Below, piece by piece: positions 9,889 to 19,444 of a stretch of DNA of 64,000 nt. The stretch covers positions 96,001 through 160,000 of IMG/VR virus record IMGVR_UViG_3300018089_000001; one strand, written 5' to 3'. Numbering within the stretch: position 1 is the stretch's first letter; each line of letters starts with the position of its first letter. Made by a program: the position numbers and the translations under genes. Source of the stretch: a virus. Lineage: Duplodnaviria > Caudoviricetes. The notes under the pieces were generated by a model. That model saw only the letters and a list, made by a program, of their open reading frames with translations, made no database searches and had not been told where the DNA came from.

Positions 9889-10376
9889 CCGCATCCCTTC
9901 GAGCACTCGATGGTCGTGAATCCGATGTACGCGGGGTCACCGCAGCGGGGGCAGGTGTGCGGGAACCTCGACAGGTCCAGCTGCGGGGATCCCCACGCGT
10001 CCAGCCACTCCTGCATCGTACGGGGCCGAGACACTGGGCTCTGCTCGGGAGCGCCGCCCAGGATCCTCGATCCACGCATGGCGTAGTCACCGCCAGCCAG
10101 CTTCTTCACCGCCATGAGGTGCAGTATTCCGGGCAGCCCAAGAAGCTCGACCATCCTCTCGTAGCTTTGGGTGATGACCGTCTTCCCGAGGATCGACACG
10201 GAGGAGACCGCGCCGCCATCATTGTAGAAGTGGAGGCCCGCTGGGAGGCTCATCGGAACGAACCTGAGCGGGGACCCACCCACCTCGATCGTCGTGAGGT
10301 CTATGAACGTGCCTTCCGGGGCTCGCCCCCGCAGGCAGGTCGCTCCGAACCTGTCAAATTCGACCCTCACCGACAC
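9885..10376 (-). CDS. Hypothetical protein with C-terminal zinc ribbon
   Basis: Ends in FPHTCPRCGDPAYIGFTTIECSKGCG. Confidence 0.7.
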   Translation of the reverse strand: MSVRVEFDRFGATCLRGRAPEGTFIDLTTIEVGGSPLRFVPMSLPAGLHFYNDGGAVSSVSILGKTVITQSYERMVELLGLPGILHLMAVKKLAGGDYAMRGSRILGGAPEQSPVSRPRTMQEWLDAWGSPQLDLSRFPHTCPRCGDPAYIGFTTIECSKGCG

Positions 10377-10561
10377 CCCGCGGAGCAGTCCACGTCGCTC
10401 AGGCCGACGTATGCCGGCTCCCCGCAGCGGGGACAGCTGTGGGGGTACCGCTGCCGATCCACCCGCTTCGGCAGGAAGTAATCATCCGGAGCCGAGAGGG
10501 CCTCACGCAGCAATTTCTGCATGTACCTGACGTCCTCCTGGTCGTCAGACAGGGGGCTCAC
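10367..10561 (-). CDS. Small zinc-ribbon protein, paralogous to its neighbour
   Basis: Ends in YPHSCPRCGEPAYVGLSDVDCSAGCR. Confidence 0.7.
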   Translation of the reverse strand: MSPLSDDQEDVRYMQKLLREALSAPDDYFLPKRVDRQRYPHSCPRCGEPAYVGLSDVDCSAGCR

Positions 10562-11493
10562 AGGCGCGCCCCCACCAGGCTCGCGGAGCCCGTCACGAGC
10601 AACGCGGACGCGGCGGCGTTGGCCACGGCGCTCGCTCCGGCAACGGCGGGGTCCTTCTCACCCAGCCTCACCATGGCACACGGTAGGTCGTACGACATCA
10701 GCCTTCCGATCAGGTCCCAGGCCTCGGCCTCCGCGTCGTCGTCCAGGCAGACGTTGACCCGCGGGGGCCTCCTCTCAACTAGCCGCAGCGCCAGCTGCGG
10801 CGACATGAACTTCCCATACAGGGCGATCCCCTGGGGACCCACGGCCACCTCGTCGAAGATCCCCTCCACGAGGTAGACCGGTCGGGTCCAGTCGACGAGG
10901 TGCTCGTTGGACACCACGTCCTTCGACGCGAGGGGCAGGCGATACCGCAGGCCCTCCCTCTCATCGACCGCCCGGGCCGACCAGAAGTTGACCAGGCCCG
11001 CCGCGTCGAAGGAGGGGACCACCACCCTTCCCCGCAGGGGACCATCGTCCACATAGCCCATCCTGTAGAGTTCCACGGAGTGATCGGTGACACCCCGCCG
11101 GCGAAGGTAGGTGAGGTATGGGGCCTCACCGACGTCACCTCTCAGACGAAAGGGACGGTAGCCCTCGGGGAGGGCGGTGCAACGGGGCCGGACGTCGACG
11201 ACGCAGCGGGGCCGCGGACCGGCCGGCCTCGACTCGAGGTACTCCCGCAGCTCCGCGGAGCCCGGGACCATGAGGGGAGCGAGCGAGCGCCCACCGAAGC
11301 CGCAGTGCCAGCAGTGGAACCGGTCCCCGTCCGGGCTCACCCAGAGTCGGACCTTGCCCTCGGGGGCGCTGCTACACCCACCCGACCCGGGCTTGCCGGG
11401 GCAGATGAAGCCGTACTCACCCTTCCGCTGGGCCTTCTGTCTTATCGCGCCGAGGCGGGCGGCCACGGCGCGCAGCTTTCTCTCCCTGTCCAA
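10558..11493 (-). CDS. DNA primase (zinc finger + TOPRIM)
   Basis: CP...C...FHCWHCG, RVVVPSFD...FWSAR, YLVEGIFD, CLDDDA, KDP. Confidence 0.88.
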   Translation of the reverse strand: MDRERKLRAVAARLGAIRQKAQRKGEYGFICPGKPGSGGCSSAPEGKVRLWVSPDGDRFHCWHCGFGGRSLAPLMVPGSAELREYLESRPAGPRPRCVVDVRPRCTALPEGYRPFRLRGDVGEAPYLTYLRRRGVTDHSVELYRMGYVDDGPLRGRVVVPSFDAAGLVNFWSARAVDEREGLRYRLPLASKDVVSNEHLVDWTRPVYLVEGIFDEVAVGPQGIALYGKFMSPQLALRLVERRPPRVNVCLDDDAEAEAWDLIGRLMSYDLPCAMVRLGEKDPAVAGASAVANAAASALLVTGSASLVGARL

Positions 11494-12025
11494 GAGTCGC
11501 CTCCCCCCGTAGGAGCTTCAGGCCCGCCTCGGCGAGGAGCCAGGCGTCGGCCATGTCATCGACACCCCTCACGGGATTTCCGGCTCTCGTCTCCGCGTAG
11601 GGAAACGTCGGCTCCGATGACCTGGCCAATCCTACCACAACCGCCTTCTTGTCACCGCCCTTGGGGACGCGGACACCGACGATGCGCTTGGCGCTGATGG
11701 GTGGGACGTGGGTCACCTCACCGTGTCCAAAGAGGACGAATGAGACGACGGCATTCATGGCCGCCAGGGACATCAGGGTCTGCCGTGTGGTCAGGCCGCC
11801 GGTGAAGCCACCGAGGCGGTCCTCGACGAAGTGCCGGATGTCGTATGCGACGTAAACCCGAGACATCCGCTTACAGAACTCGTCGACCTGCCGGGCCGCC
11901 GAGATCTGCTTGAGATGCTGCGTCGCCCCCTCCGGGTAGATGACCCCGAACTCCAGGGTCCTTCCGGCACCGTCCTTGACGCAGATCCCGATGGCGCTCG
12001 TCGAGACGTCCCACCCGATGATCAA
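11417..12025 (-). CDS. RuvC-like Holliday junction resolvase
   Basis: IIGWDVSTSAIG, FVEDR, DDMADAW; TTG start at 12025. Confidence 0.85.
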   Translation of the reverse strand: MIIGWDVSTSAIGICVKDGAGRTLEFGVIYPEGATQHLKQISAARQVDEFCKRMSRVYVAYDIRHFVEDRLGGFTGGLTTRQTLMSLAAMNAVVSFVLFGHGEVTHVPPISAKRIVGVRVPKGGDKKAVVVGLARSSEPTFPYAETRAGNPVRGVDDMADAWLLAEAGLKLLRGEATLGQGEKAARRGRPPRRDKTEGPAEG

Positions 12026-12219
12026 TTTGGTCTCCGCGCTATCGATTCCTCGATGGTTCCCACGATGGCTACCCACCTTGCTTCTGTGAAAAGGGGATCG
12101 TTAGTCATCTCAACGAAGCGAGAGCGGCACTCATCGTCGCAGAAGACGTACATGGGAACGTCTGGCGTAAGAACGGGTCGTGGGCAACCGCATGCGCCGC
12201 ATGATCCGGTGTAACGCAT
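12022..12219 (-). CDS. Small Cys-rich protein
   Basis: CGACGC...FCDDEC; coupled to genes on both sides. Confidence 0.55.
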   Translation of the reverse strand: MRYTGSCGACGCPRPVLTPDVPMYVFCDDECRSRFVEMTNDPLFTEARWVAIVGTIEESIARRPN

Positions 12220-14843
12220 TAGAAGTCCATCCTGATCCGGATGTTGATGCGGTCCCGGGCCCTGATCCTGATCGGGTCGGCCAGCCGGGCGACCGCGACG
12301 AGCTCACGGTCGGAGTTGTAGATGCCCACGGTCGTGGCCCGGATCGACCCACTCGGATGCCGGGCCAGCCTCTCGCCCGCGGAGCCGGTCGCGAAGAACG
12401 TCGGGTTGTTCGTGCAGTTGAACTCGCCCCGGTCGATCCTGCACATCAGGGTCTTGACCGGCACCCGGCTATCCCCCCTGAAGCGACAGACCAGCGTCGC
12501 GTTCGGGTCGAACGCGAGGCCGTCCGTCCGCCCGAAGTCCATCAGCGCCGGGTCCTTGATGACGACCAGGCCCTCGCCGTAGAACACGTTGCCGACCTTG
12601 GGCCACCCGACGCTGTCGTTCGGATCGAAGGCCGACGGGAGCCCGCCGGACGCCACGGAGCCGGAGACGTACAGGCCGCCGTGGCCGTCGTCAACCAGGG
12701 TCCTGACGATCCCGTAGCTGGGGTCCGACCAGGACTGGTCGGTGATCGACACGCTGCCCGGAGCGATCTGCCTCCCGTAGAAGGCCGACGGGACGTCCAG
12801 CACGAGCATCCGGGTGACGGGATCGCTGGACGACAGCGCGACGGGGGCGATCGTGCTGTTTCCCGAGACGAACGTGGGGGCGAACCGCTTGGGCACCGTG
12901 AAGAGGGCGTTATCACTCGGCTCCCAGACCGGTCCCGACCTGTCGTCGAACCCGAGGAGCCGTCCGAACTGGAACGACGCTCCCTGGGCCTGACGGGCCT
13001 GGTCCAGGGCCCCCGAGCCCATCGGATACGAGTAGACCCGCGAGAGGGGCCCATCGTTGAAGGCCAGACTGAGCTGCGGTGCCAGGAGATCGCTCCCCGT
13101 GATCCTCCTGTTGTACACGGAGAGCAGTTGGTCATACGTCATCGATCGGGTCCAGACCCGGCTCTCCCCGATGAATCCGTGGAAGGCCAGGCCGGACGTC
13201 CCGGTCATGGCGGCGCTCTCCGTGGCCACCGTCCCGGTGGTCACCGTCCCCGTGTCCAGCCTGTTCCCCACCGTGTGCAGCGTGGTCGGCGACGACGCCG
13301 TGAGGGGTGTCATCGTGAACCCCACACCCCGCAGGTTCAGGTAGAGGGTCCCGCTGTACGACGTCCCGTCGTAGGTGACCGCGACGTGGTTCCAACAACC
13401 TGAGTCCGCGGACAGCGACGACGTGACGAAGATGCCGTTCGATCCGCTGAAGAAGACGGTTCCGGCGGAGCCCGTCATCCCGAGCCAGATGAGGTTGTTG
13501 CGTGAATGGAGCGTGAAGGGCCGGGGCGCGTAGGTCGGAGCGAGGGGCTTGAACCAGCTCTCGATCGTGAAGGACGAGGTCAGCGACTGCGGCGCGTACT
13601 GACCGAGGTACCCGGAGAAGTTCTGCAGGGCCTGCTTGAGGTTGGGAATGACCCCCGTGGCCACCTGGGAACCCGTGCTCATGTACAGGGCGGCCAGGTC
13701 GAAGTGCCTCGTCCCCGAGACCTCCGGGTTGTGCCCCACGTAGAAGTTCTGGGACGAGGTGATCGCGACGTTCCCGGTGAGGAATGAGACCGATGAGCCT
13801 ATGGCCCTACCGGTGTTCATGGACCGCACGCCCCAGGAGATCGCCCCGTTCGACCGGTCGAGCGCCCCGATCGCGACGTGCCACTCCCCGAGGAACAGGT
13901 TCCGTGCGATCGACGCGATCTTGAACGTCGGCGTGCTCATGACCCGGAGCGTCGCGACGTTGTTCCCCCCGTCATCTAGGAACCATCCAACCTGGTTCGA
14001 GATCGGGTCAACCTTGCCGAACAGCGCCGACCCGGCGTTCAGGCCGCTCTCCCCACCCTGCGTGGAGTCCCGGAAGCGTCCCACATACGCGAAGAGCAGG
14101 TCCGATCCCGACTGGATGTCGAAGTTCTGTCCCCCATCGAACCTGACGTTGGGGGACGACGACGTGAAGCCGACGCACAGGTCCGTCCCCATGAGCGGTC
14201 CGGGGTTCCCATAGTTCACGGTCCCGTTGCGGCTGGTGTCGAACTGCAGCGGCAATGGGTTCCCCGTGGGGGTGAACGAGGCCGTGAGCGACCCGGTCCC
14301 CTCGTCAAGGAGCCAGCCGAACCCCCAGCTCCCCCACCCGACGGCGGCGGCCATCTGGGCCGACGAGCTCGGGTAGCCGAACGCCGGGGTGAGCGCCCCC
14401 GTCAGGACGACGACGTTCCGCGAGGTCCCCTTGAAGAAGAGGCAGTAGTTGTCGTAGGACGAGGTGACGTAGTCCGGGTCCATGACCCGGTAATCCTGGT
14501 AGAGCCGCTGGAGCACGTCCCAGTGCTCCTCGCCCCACCTGGTCGAGTTGACCTGGGAGAGGCCCAGGGCCTCGCTGGTCACGTACACGAAGTTGACGGA
14601 GGCCGTCAGCGGCTGGCCGAGTCGCGGGTTGCCCGTCTGGTTGACGTTGGGCGCGAACGACTGATACGTGATGGTCGAGAACGTCCCGGGACGGCGGCGG
14701 GCTCCCCCGTAGAGTGAGAGGGACGCCGAGCCCTCCGGCGAGCCGCTCCATCCCTGGGCCCCTGACACGAGCGTGTAGCTCGGCTCGAGGATCAGGACGT
14801 TGTCGAGTTGGTCCTCCGGACCGAATCTCTTGAAGGCCGGCAT
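12219..14843 (-). CDS. Virion structural protein with LamG/concanavalin-like domains
   Basis: FTIESWFKP, WNHVAVTYDG and FHGFIGESRVW are LamG motifs; C-terminal EFNCTNNPTF...TTVGIYNSDRELVAVARLADPI. Confidence 0.8.
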   Translation of the reverse strand: MPAFKRFGPEDQLDNVLILEPSYTLVSGAQGWSGSPEGSASLSLYGGARRRPGTFSTITYQSFAPNVNQTGNPRLGQPLTASVNFVYVTSEALGLSQVNSTRWGEEHWDVLQRLYQDYRVMDPDYVTSSYDNYCLFFKGTSRNVVVLTGALTPAFGYPSSSAQMAAAVGWGSWGFGWLLDEGTGSLTASFTPTGNPLPLQFDTSRNGTVNYGNPGPLMGTDLCVGFTSSSPNVRFDGGQNFDIQSGSDLLFAYVGRFRDSTQGGESGLNAGSALFGKVDPISNQVGWFLDDGGNNVATLRVMSTPTFKIASIARNLFLGEWHVAIGALDRSNGAISWGVRSMNTGRAIGSSVSFLTGNVAITSSQNFYVGHNPEVSGTRHFDLAALYMSTGSQVATGVIPNLKQALQNFSGYLGQYAPQSLTSSFTIESWFKPLAPTYAPRPFTLHSRNNLIWLGMTGSAGTVFFSGSNGIFVTSSLSADSGCWNHVAVTYDGTSYSGTLYLNLRGVGFTMTPLTASSPTTLHTVGNRLDTGTVTTGTVATESAAMTGTSGLAFHGFIGESRVWTRSMTYDQLLSVYNRRITGSDLLAPQLSLAFNDGPLSRVYSYPMGSGALDQARQAQGASFQFGRLLGFDDRSGPVWEPSDNALFTVPKRFAPTFVSGNSTIAPVALSSSDPVTRMLVLDVPSAFYGRQIAPGSVSITDQSWSDPSYGIVRTLVDDGHGGLYVSGSVASGGLPSAFDPNDSVGWPKVGNVFYGEGLVVIKDPALMDFGRTDGLAFDPNATLVCRFRGDSRVPVKTLMCRIDRGEFNCTNNPTFFATGSAGERLARHPSGSIRATTVGIYNSDRELVAVARLADPIRIRARDRINIRIRMDF

Positions 14844-14912
14844 CAGTCGATGGGGGCAGGTATGATCGATTTATTCTGCCGATCCAACCAATCTTCTAAG
14901 TGGTTGTAATCA

Positions 14913-15908
14913 TTAGTAATCGAGCCGCAGCCTGAAAATTGCCTCGGTCTCGGGGGACTTCAGCACCGGCCGGTTCGTCTTGCCGACGGCCAGCAGGTTG
15001 TCGTTCTCGTCGTAGAGCCCGATCGTCGTGACGTACGTGCGGGTCGTGAGGATGTTACTCCCCGAGGTGACCCGAATAAGGCCGGTGGAGTCGGTGAATG
15101 TCGGGTTCGACGAGTAGTTGAACTCGTTGTTGAAGGCCCGGCAGAAGTACAGCGACGACTGCAGGTTCGTCTGGTTGTTCAGGGCGATCAGCTCGATGTG
15201 GGTGCGGGCCCCGTCGACGACCTGGTTGATGCACCCGGAGAACTGGGTGTTGATCAGGCTCTTGGTCCCCGACCAGGTCGCGATCGCGCCCCAGGCCGTG
15301 TCCGGCTGGAGGATGACCACGCCGGCGTTGTACCAGACCTGCCCGACCTCCGAGCCTGTCCCGTTGTACTTGAGCGGCGCGTAGTCGCCGCCGAGCGACT
15401 GCTGGAAGTTCACGGCGGCGCCGGCGTCGGACGCCGTGTACTGCGTCGGCGTGGTCGAGTTGATGACGATGTTGACCGTGCCCTTCTTGATCTCGTCCTT
15501 GGAGATGTTCCTCCGGAACGAGAGGAAGAGGGCGTGCCTGGCGGCGGTCGAGTTGATGGTGAACGTCGAATCGGGGTTACCCAGGAGGACGGCGGCCCAC
15601 TGCCGATAGATCTTGATCTTCTCGGAGAGGGACGACGTGGAGGTGGCTAGGACGTTGTACTGGGAGCCGGTCGAGAACCCGTACGTCATGTCGAACAGCG
15701 GGCTCGACAGGGACGCGGTCGGCGAGGCGTCGTACGCGCTCTCCCAGTAGCCGCCGAGGTCGATCGCCGCGGACCCCGAGGCGACGTTCTTGAAGAACTT
15801 GACGTTGACGTTGTTCGCGAAGATCGACCCGGTGATCGAGATGGTCTCGTTGATCGCCGTGGAGAGCGGGGCGAAATCGTCCTGCAGGTTGAAGGCCTTG
15901 AAGGAAAT
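14913..15908 (-). CDS. Virion structural protein (probable ATT start)
   Basis: Frame extends 73 codons upstream of the ATG at 15689 to ATT-TCC-TTC-AAG (xSFKAFNLQDD, compare the paralog's MPAFKRFGPED); C-terminal EFNYSSNPTF...TTIGLYDENDNLLAVGK is paralogous to 12219..14843. Confidence 0.75.
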   Translation of the reverse strand: MSFKAFNLQDDFAPLSTAINETISITGSIFANNVNVKFFKNVASGSAAIDLGGYWESAYDASPTASLSSPLFDMTYGFSTGSQYNVLATSTSSLSEKIKIYRQWAAVLLGNPDSTFTINSTAARHALFLSFRRNISKDEIKKGTVNIVINSTTPTQYTASDAGAAVNFQQSLGGDYAPLKYNGTGSEVGQVWYNAGVVILQPDTAWGAIATWSGTKSLINTQFSGCINQVVDGARTHIELIALNNQTNLQSSLYFCRAFNNEFNYSSNPTFTDSTGLIRVTSGSNILTTRTYVTTIGLYDENDNLLAVGKTNRPVLKSPETEAIFRLRLDY

Positions 15909-15928
15909 TGTTAAATGATTCCCTAGGC

Positions 15929-16687
15929 TTAGACAGATTCCGTTGCTACGGTTGTGAGATGCGCCGGTGAGAGATCAAGCCCGAATACGCCCACCAGCGT
16001 CCTGTGATCAGCGTAGATCACATGGTAACCGAGCTTACGGGCCTCCCTCACCTTTTCAAGTGAGGGCCCGCGCTCGAACCCCTTCACCTCCACGAACACG
16101 CCGTCGTCGGCGATGTAGAAGTCAGGGATGTACTTCCTCCCGTCCGGGAGGTCTATGACCTTAGACTCATGCTCCCAATCGAAACCGCGCGGTTCGAGGT
16201 AGTCCTTGATGAAGGCGGCCTCCCACCGGGAGCGAACAGTGATCGAACTTCCGTCAGAAAGGGTGCAGGAGTAGTTCTTCGAGACCAGTTTTTCCTTCAT
16301 GCCATTCATGACATACAGGAATTGACTCCGGCACCGCCTACTGCAGAACTCCTTCTTCACGTCCGTCACCCGTCGGCGGATCGTCTTCCCACACCCCGGG
16401 TTCCGGCAGACAACATCCTCATGCGGGACGGTCTCGCTCCCAAGCTTCAGTCTCCGGTTGTTCTCACCCACGCAGGCCATGCCGCAGAACTTGGCGAGGT
16501 TCGGCTTTCCACCGCGGACGAGCCGAGGGACGCTAAATGTTTTTCCACAGGACACGCAGGCGCGATCCTCATAGCGCTCCGCCCTCTTCCGACGGGTCCG
16601 CTCGTCCCGACAGGCCATCGAACATGTAAAGAGTCCGGCCCTCGCCGGATACTCCGCTCCGCAGATCTCGCAGATTCTGACCAGCAC
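15929..16687 (-). CDS. Putative free-standing homing endonuclease (zinc-finger repeats + PD-(D/E)XK)
   Basis: Three CxxC...CSxxC-type repeats, then RSRWEAAF...YIPDFYI...FVEVKG; lower GC; inserted between structural genes. Confidence 0.75.
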   Translation of the reverse strand: MLVRICEICGAEYPARAGLFTCSMACRDERTRRKRAERYEDRACVSCGKTFSVPRLVRGGKPNLAKFCGMACVGENNRRLKLGSETVPHEDVVCRNPGCGKTIRRRVTDVKKEFCSRRCRSQFLYVMNGMKEKLVSKNYSCTLSDGSSITVRSRWEAAFIKDYLEPRGFDWEHESKVIDLPDGRKYIPDFYIADDGVFVEVKGFERGPSLEKVREARKLGYHVIYADHRTLVGVFGLDLSPAHLTTVATESV

Positions 16688-17401
16688 TCAGCCCACGAAC
16701 TCCAGGATGCTAACGGGGATCTGGACGCTGAGGCCGCTCTGCTGTCCCTGGACGTTCACGGTCGTCGTGATCGTCCTGGGCTTCGCGGCGGTGGCCCCCG
16801 CCAGGATGTCAAAGACGGTCGAGCTCAGCGTCTGGACGCGGAGCGTGAAGACACACTGGGACCCGTTGGCCGCCGTGGACCGCCCCGGCGCGGCGGGGAT
16901 GATGTACCGGGCGGCCCCGAAGGGGGTGATCGAGACGGGAGTCTCGTTCGGGACGTACAGGATGTCGTTGTCCACCTGCACGAGGTAGTTGAAGTCCACC
17001 AGCTCGGCGGGGATGACCGCCTGGGACTGGGTGGTCTGCTGGGAGACCGTCACGTCGACGCCGCCGCCGGTCGCGTCCGTGCGGTCCTTCAGGGACACGG
17101 CACTCGGGTTGGCGATCATGTCCGGAAGGAACTGGAGGGTGGCGTTCCTGATCGTCAGGAGCGGGTTCCGGAGGGCGATCGTCTCATTCGTGAACCCCTC
17201 CAGGATGGGGGTGTCCAGGATCTTCTGGTCCTTGTTGTCCGAGCCCGTCAGCTCGTTCCAGTTCCGGTAGTCGATCTCGTCGTCCCCGAGCCTGAAGCGG
17301 ACGACTGAGAAGCTCCCGTCGTTCCGGGCCATGAGTTGCCGCCCGTGGTCCGTCAGGGTCGCGTCGATGAAGAAGTCGGTCGAGTTGTCGTTGTATCCCA
17401 T
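16688..17401 (-). CDS. Virion structural protein (MGY..IDAxLTxxGR family)
   Basis: MGYNDNS...IDATLTDHGRQLMA...FRLGDDEIDY; paralog at 23975..24610. Confidence 0.75.
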   Translation of the reverse strand: MGYNDNSTDFFIDATLTDHGRQLMARNDGSFSVVRFRLGDDEIDYRNWNELTGSDNKDQKILDTPILEGFTNETIALRNPLLTIRNATLQFLPDMIANPSAVSLKDRTDATGGGVDVTVSQQTTQSQAVIPAELVDFNYLVQVDNDILYVPNETPVSITPFGAARYIIPAAPGRSTAANGSQCVFTLRVQTLSSTVFDILAGATAAKPRTITTTVNVQGQQSGLSVQIPVSILEFVG

Positions 17402-17404
17402 TGG

Positions 17405-17686
17405 TCACCCGTACTTCTGGGGCCGTCTGTTGTAATGAATCACGGTCGGCGCGTCCTTCGTACGCGCGCACCTGGTCAACTCAGCTGCGAGAGCCTCAGC
17501 GTGTTCAGGACTCAGGTGCAGGTATTCACCGCTGATCATGTCAGAATCGAAGTCCACCAGGTGGAGTATGACGTTCCCGTTGGACGCTGGAAAGCAGCAA
17601 GCCCCGTCTGTCCTGCCGTTGGCCCGACAGCCATACCCCTGGAGAACCAGGGTCTCGTAGACCACATCCTCTACCGCCTCAGGCAT
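17405..17686 (-). CDS. Hypothetical protein
   Basis: 93 aa ORF filling the gap. Confidence 0.5.
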   Translation of the reverse strand: MPEAVEDVVYETLVLQGYGCRANGRTDGACCFPASNGNVILHLVDFDSDMISGEYLHLSPEHAEALAAELTRCARTKDAPTVIHYNRRPQKYG

Positions 17687-17695
17687 GGTCTGTAC

Positions 17696-19444
17696 TTATG
17701 CGGGCCTGGCGGTGCCGCCGGGCGTCAGGCCCACATCGGTCGTGTCCACGGAGAGCTGCACCTCGGCCCGTTCCCCCGTGGCAAGGGACTGGACTTCGAC
17801 CACGTAGGAGCGGTCGAAGAGCGGGAGGTCGCTCTGGGCGGCCCGGATGTAGGTCACGATCCGGTCATAGGCCACGACCTCGGTCGGAGGCCTCTGCCTG
17901 GGTCCCACGGCGTGGTCCATCGGGTCGTCGCCGGCCGGACCAACTAGCCGCACAGGCTCCTCACCGAGGTACCGGCTCCTCTGGGTCAACACGGTGGCGA
18001 TCTTCTCCGAGAGGACGGACCTCTGCCCATGGAACGACGTCGAGTACATGGCGTACATGTACGAGGCGTGGGATGACTCGTGGGGACGGACGTCGGTGTC
18101 CACGAAGGCACCGTTGGCGGGGACGAACTCCCCGAGGACCCGCCAGTCGGAGTACCGCCCGGCGACGCCGACCGACCTGACCAGGGTGATCTTCGAGATG
18201 TCCCTCCGGGGGTCGTTTGGCATCTTCCAGACGATCCGGACCTGTCCCTTGGGCGAGATGGGCTGGACGATCAGCTCGTCCGGCGGGTCCGGGGGGACCT
18301 CATCGAGCACGGCCACCCGGGCCCAGTCCGACCAGTCGGCGGAGTAGAACGACGCGTCGCGCACCACCCGACCGGCCGACGTGTCCACCACGGGGCTCTG
18401 GTTAAGGCTCGATGTCCCGAAGAACCCCACGTTCGGACCGTGGGTCCACTGGACAAGCGTCCTGATGCGATAGGCGTAGCGACCCCCGTAGACCACCTCA
18501 CGATCGACGAAGCTCGACTGGCCGGGGTCATCGAGAACAACGGTCCTGGTCAGGTCCATCGAGCCGGAGGCCCCGAGGGTATACCGCTCAAGGACGTACC
18601 CGACGTACATGAGATCGGGGCTATTCGGCGCCGCGGGAAACTTCGGGACCGGGTTCGCCAGCGGAACGTCCTGGTTGAACTCCGAGATCACCTCGAGGCC
18701 CGAGACGAGCTTGGCCAGGGCCCCCAGGGACGCGAGGTGAACGTGGTCGGAGGCGATTGAGATCCGCCCGCGGTCCAGGGCACCCGCGATGGACGGATCG
18801 ACGAAGTTCACTCGCAGACGGGACGCGGAGGGCGGGATCGACTTGATCCTGAACTCGTCGCCGGCCAGACGCTCGACGGTCGCATGCGAGCCCGCGCCCG
18901 CGGGGGAAGAGAGGAAGAGGTCTTCGCTGAACGCGGGTGGCTCGGGAGTCGGCAACGGGTCCACGAGCAACGCCTGCACGGCGCCAGGAGCGACGTATCC
19001 GTTGGCGACGGCCCGCGTCGCGGTCGGCACGTCGATCGCGGCGGGAGCCGTCGGAGTCCTCGGGTCAAACGGACGCAGGCCCTTCCGACTAAGCAGGAAG
19101 TTCCTGGGGGCCGCGGCGGGCTGCCAATCGAGCGTGACATAGCGCGGCAGCGACTCAAGCGAAGCGGACGGGTCTGAGACGAAGGCCGACTGCTCGTCCG
19201 CGGTGTAGAAGTTATAGACCGCCACGGCCTCCAGCGCATAGTCCTCGAACAGCGTCCCATGGAAGGCAGCGGACGAGCTCAGCGAGGCGATGACCGTGGT
19301 CGGGTCGATCCGGGGAGGAGAGTTGATCACCGTCGGAGGCTGGGCGGGCGGCGGGGTGATCGGAATTCCACCGAAACCGACGTACGACCCGAGCAGGTTG
19401 ACGTCGAAATTTAGGGTCAGCTGGAAGTCACCGAGCAGAGACAT
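17696..19444 (-). CDS. Virion protein with FN3-like domains
   Basis: FVDREVVYGGRYAYRIR, PPDPPDEL, FVDTDV...YMYAM. Confidence 0.7.
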   Translation of the reverse strand: MSLLGDFQLTLNFDVNLLGSYVGFGGIPITPPPAQPPTVINSPPRIDPTTVIASLSSSAAFHGTLFEDYALEAVAVYNFYTADEQSAFVSDPSASLESLPRYVTLDWQPAAAPRNFLLSRKGLRPFDPRTPTAPAAIDVPTATRAVANGYVAPGAVQALLVDPLPTPEPPAFSEDLFLSSPAGAGSHATVERLAGDEFRIKSIPPSASRLRVNFVDPSIAGALDRGRISIASDHVHLASLGALAKLVSGLEVISEFNQDVPLANPVPKFPAAPNSPDLMYVGYVLERYTLGASGSMDLTRTVVLDDPGQSSFVDREVVYGGRYAYRIRTLVQWTHGPNVGFFGTSSLNQSPVVDTSAGRVVRDASFYSADWSDWARVAVLDEVPPDPPDELIVQPISPKGQVRIVWKMPNDPRRDISKITLVRSVGVAGRYSDWRVLGEFVPANGAFVDTDVRPHESSHASYMYAMYSTSFHGQRSVLSEKIATVLTQRSRYLGEEPVRLVGPAGDDPMDHAVGPRQRPPTEVVAYDRIVTYIRAAQSDLPLFDRSYVVEVQSLATGERAEVQLSVDTTDVGLTPGGTARPA

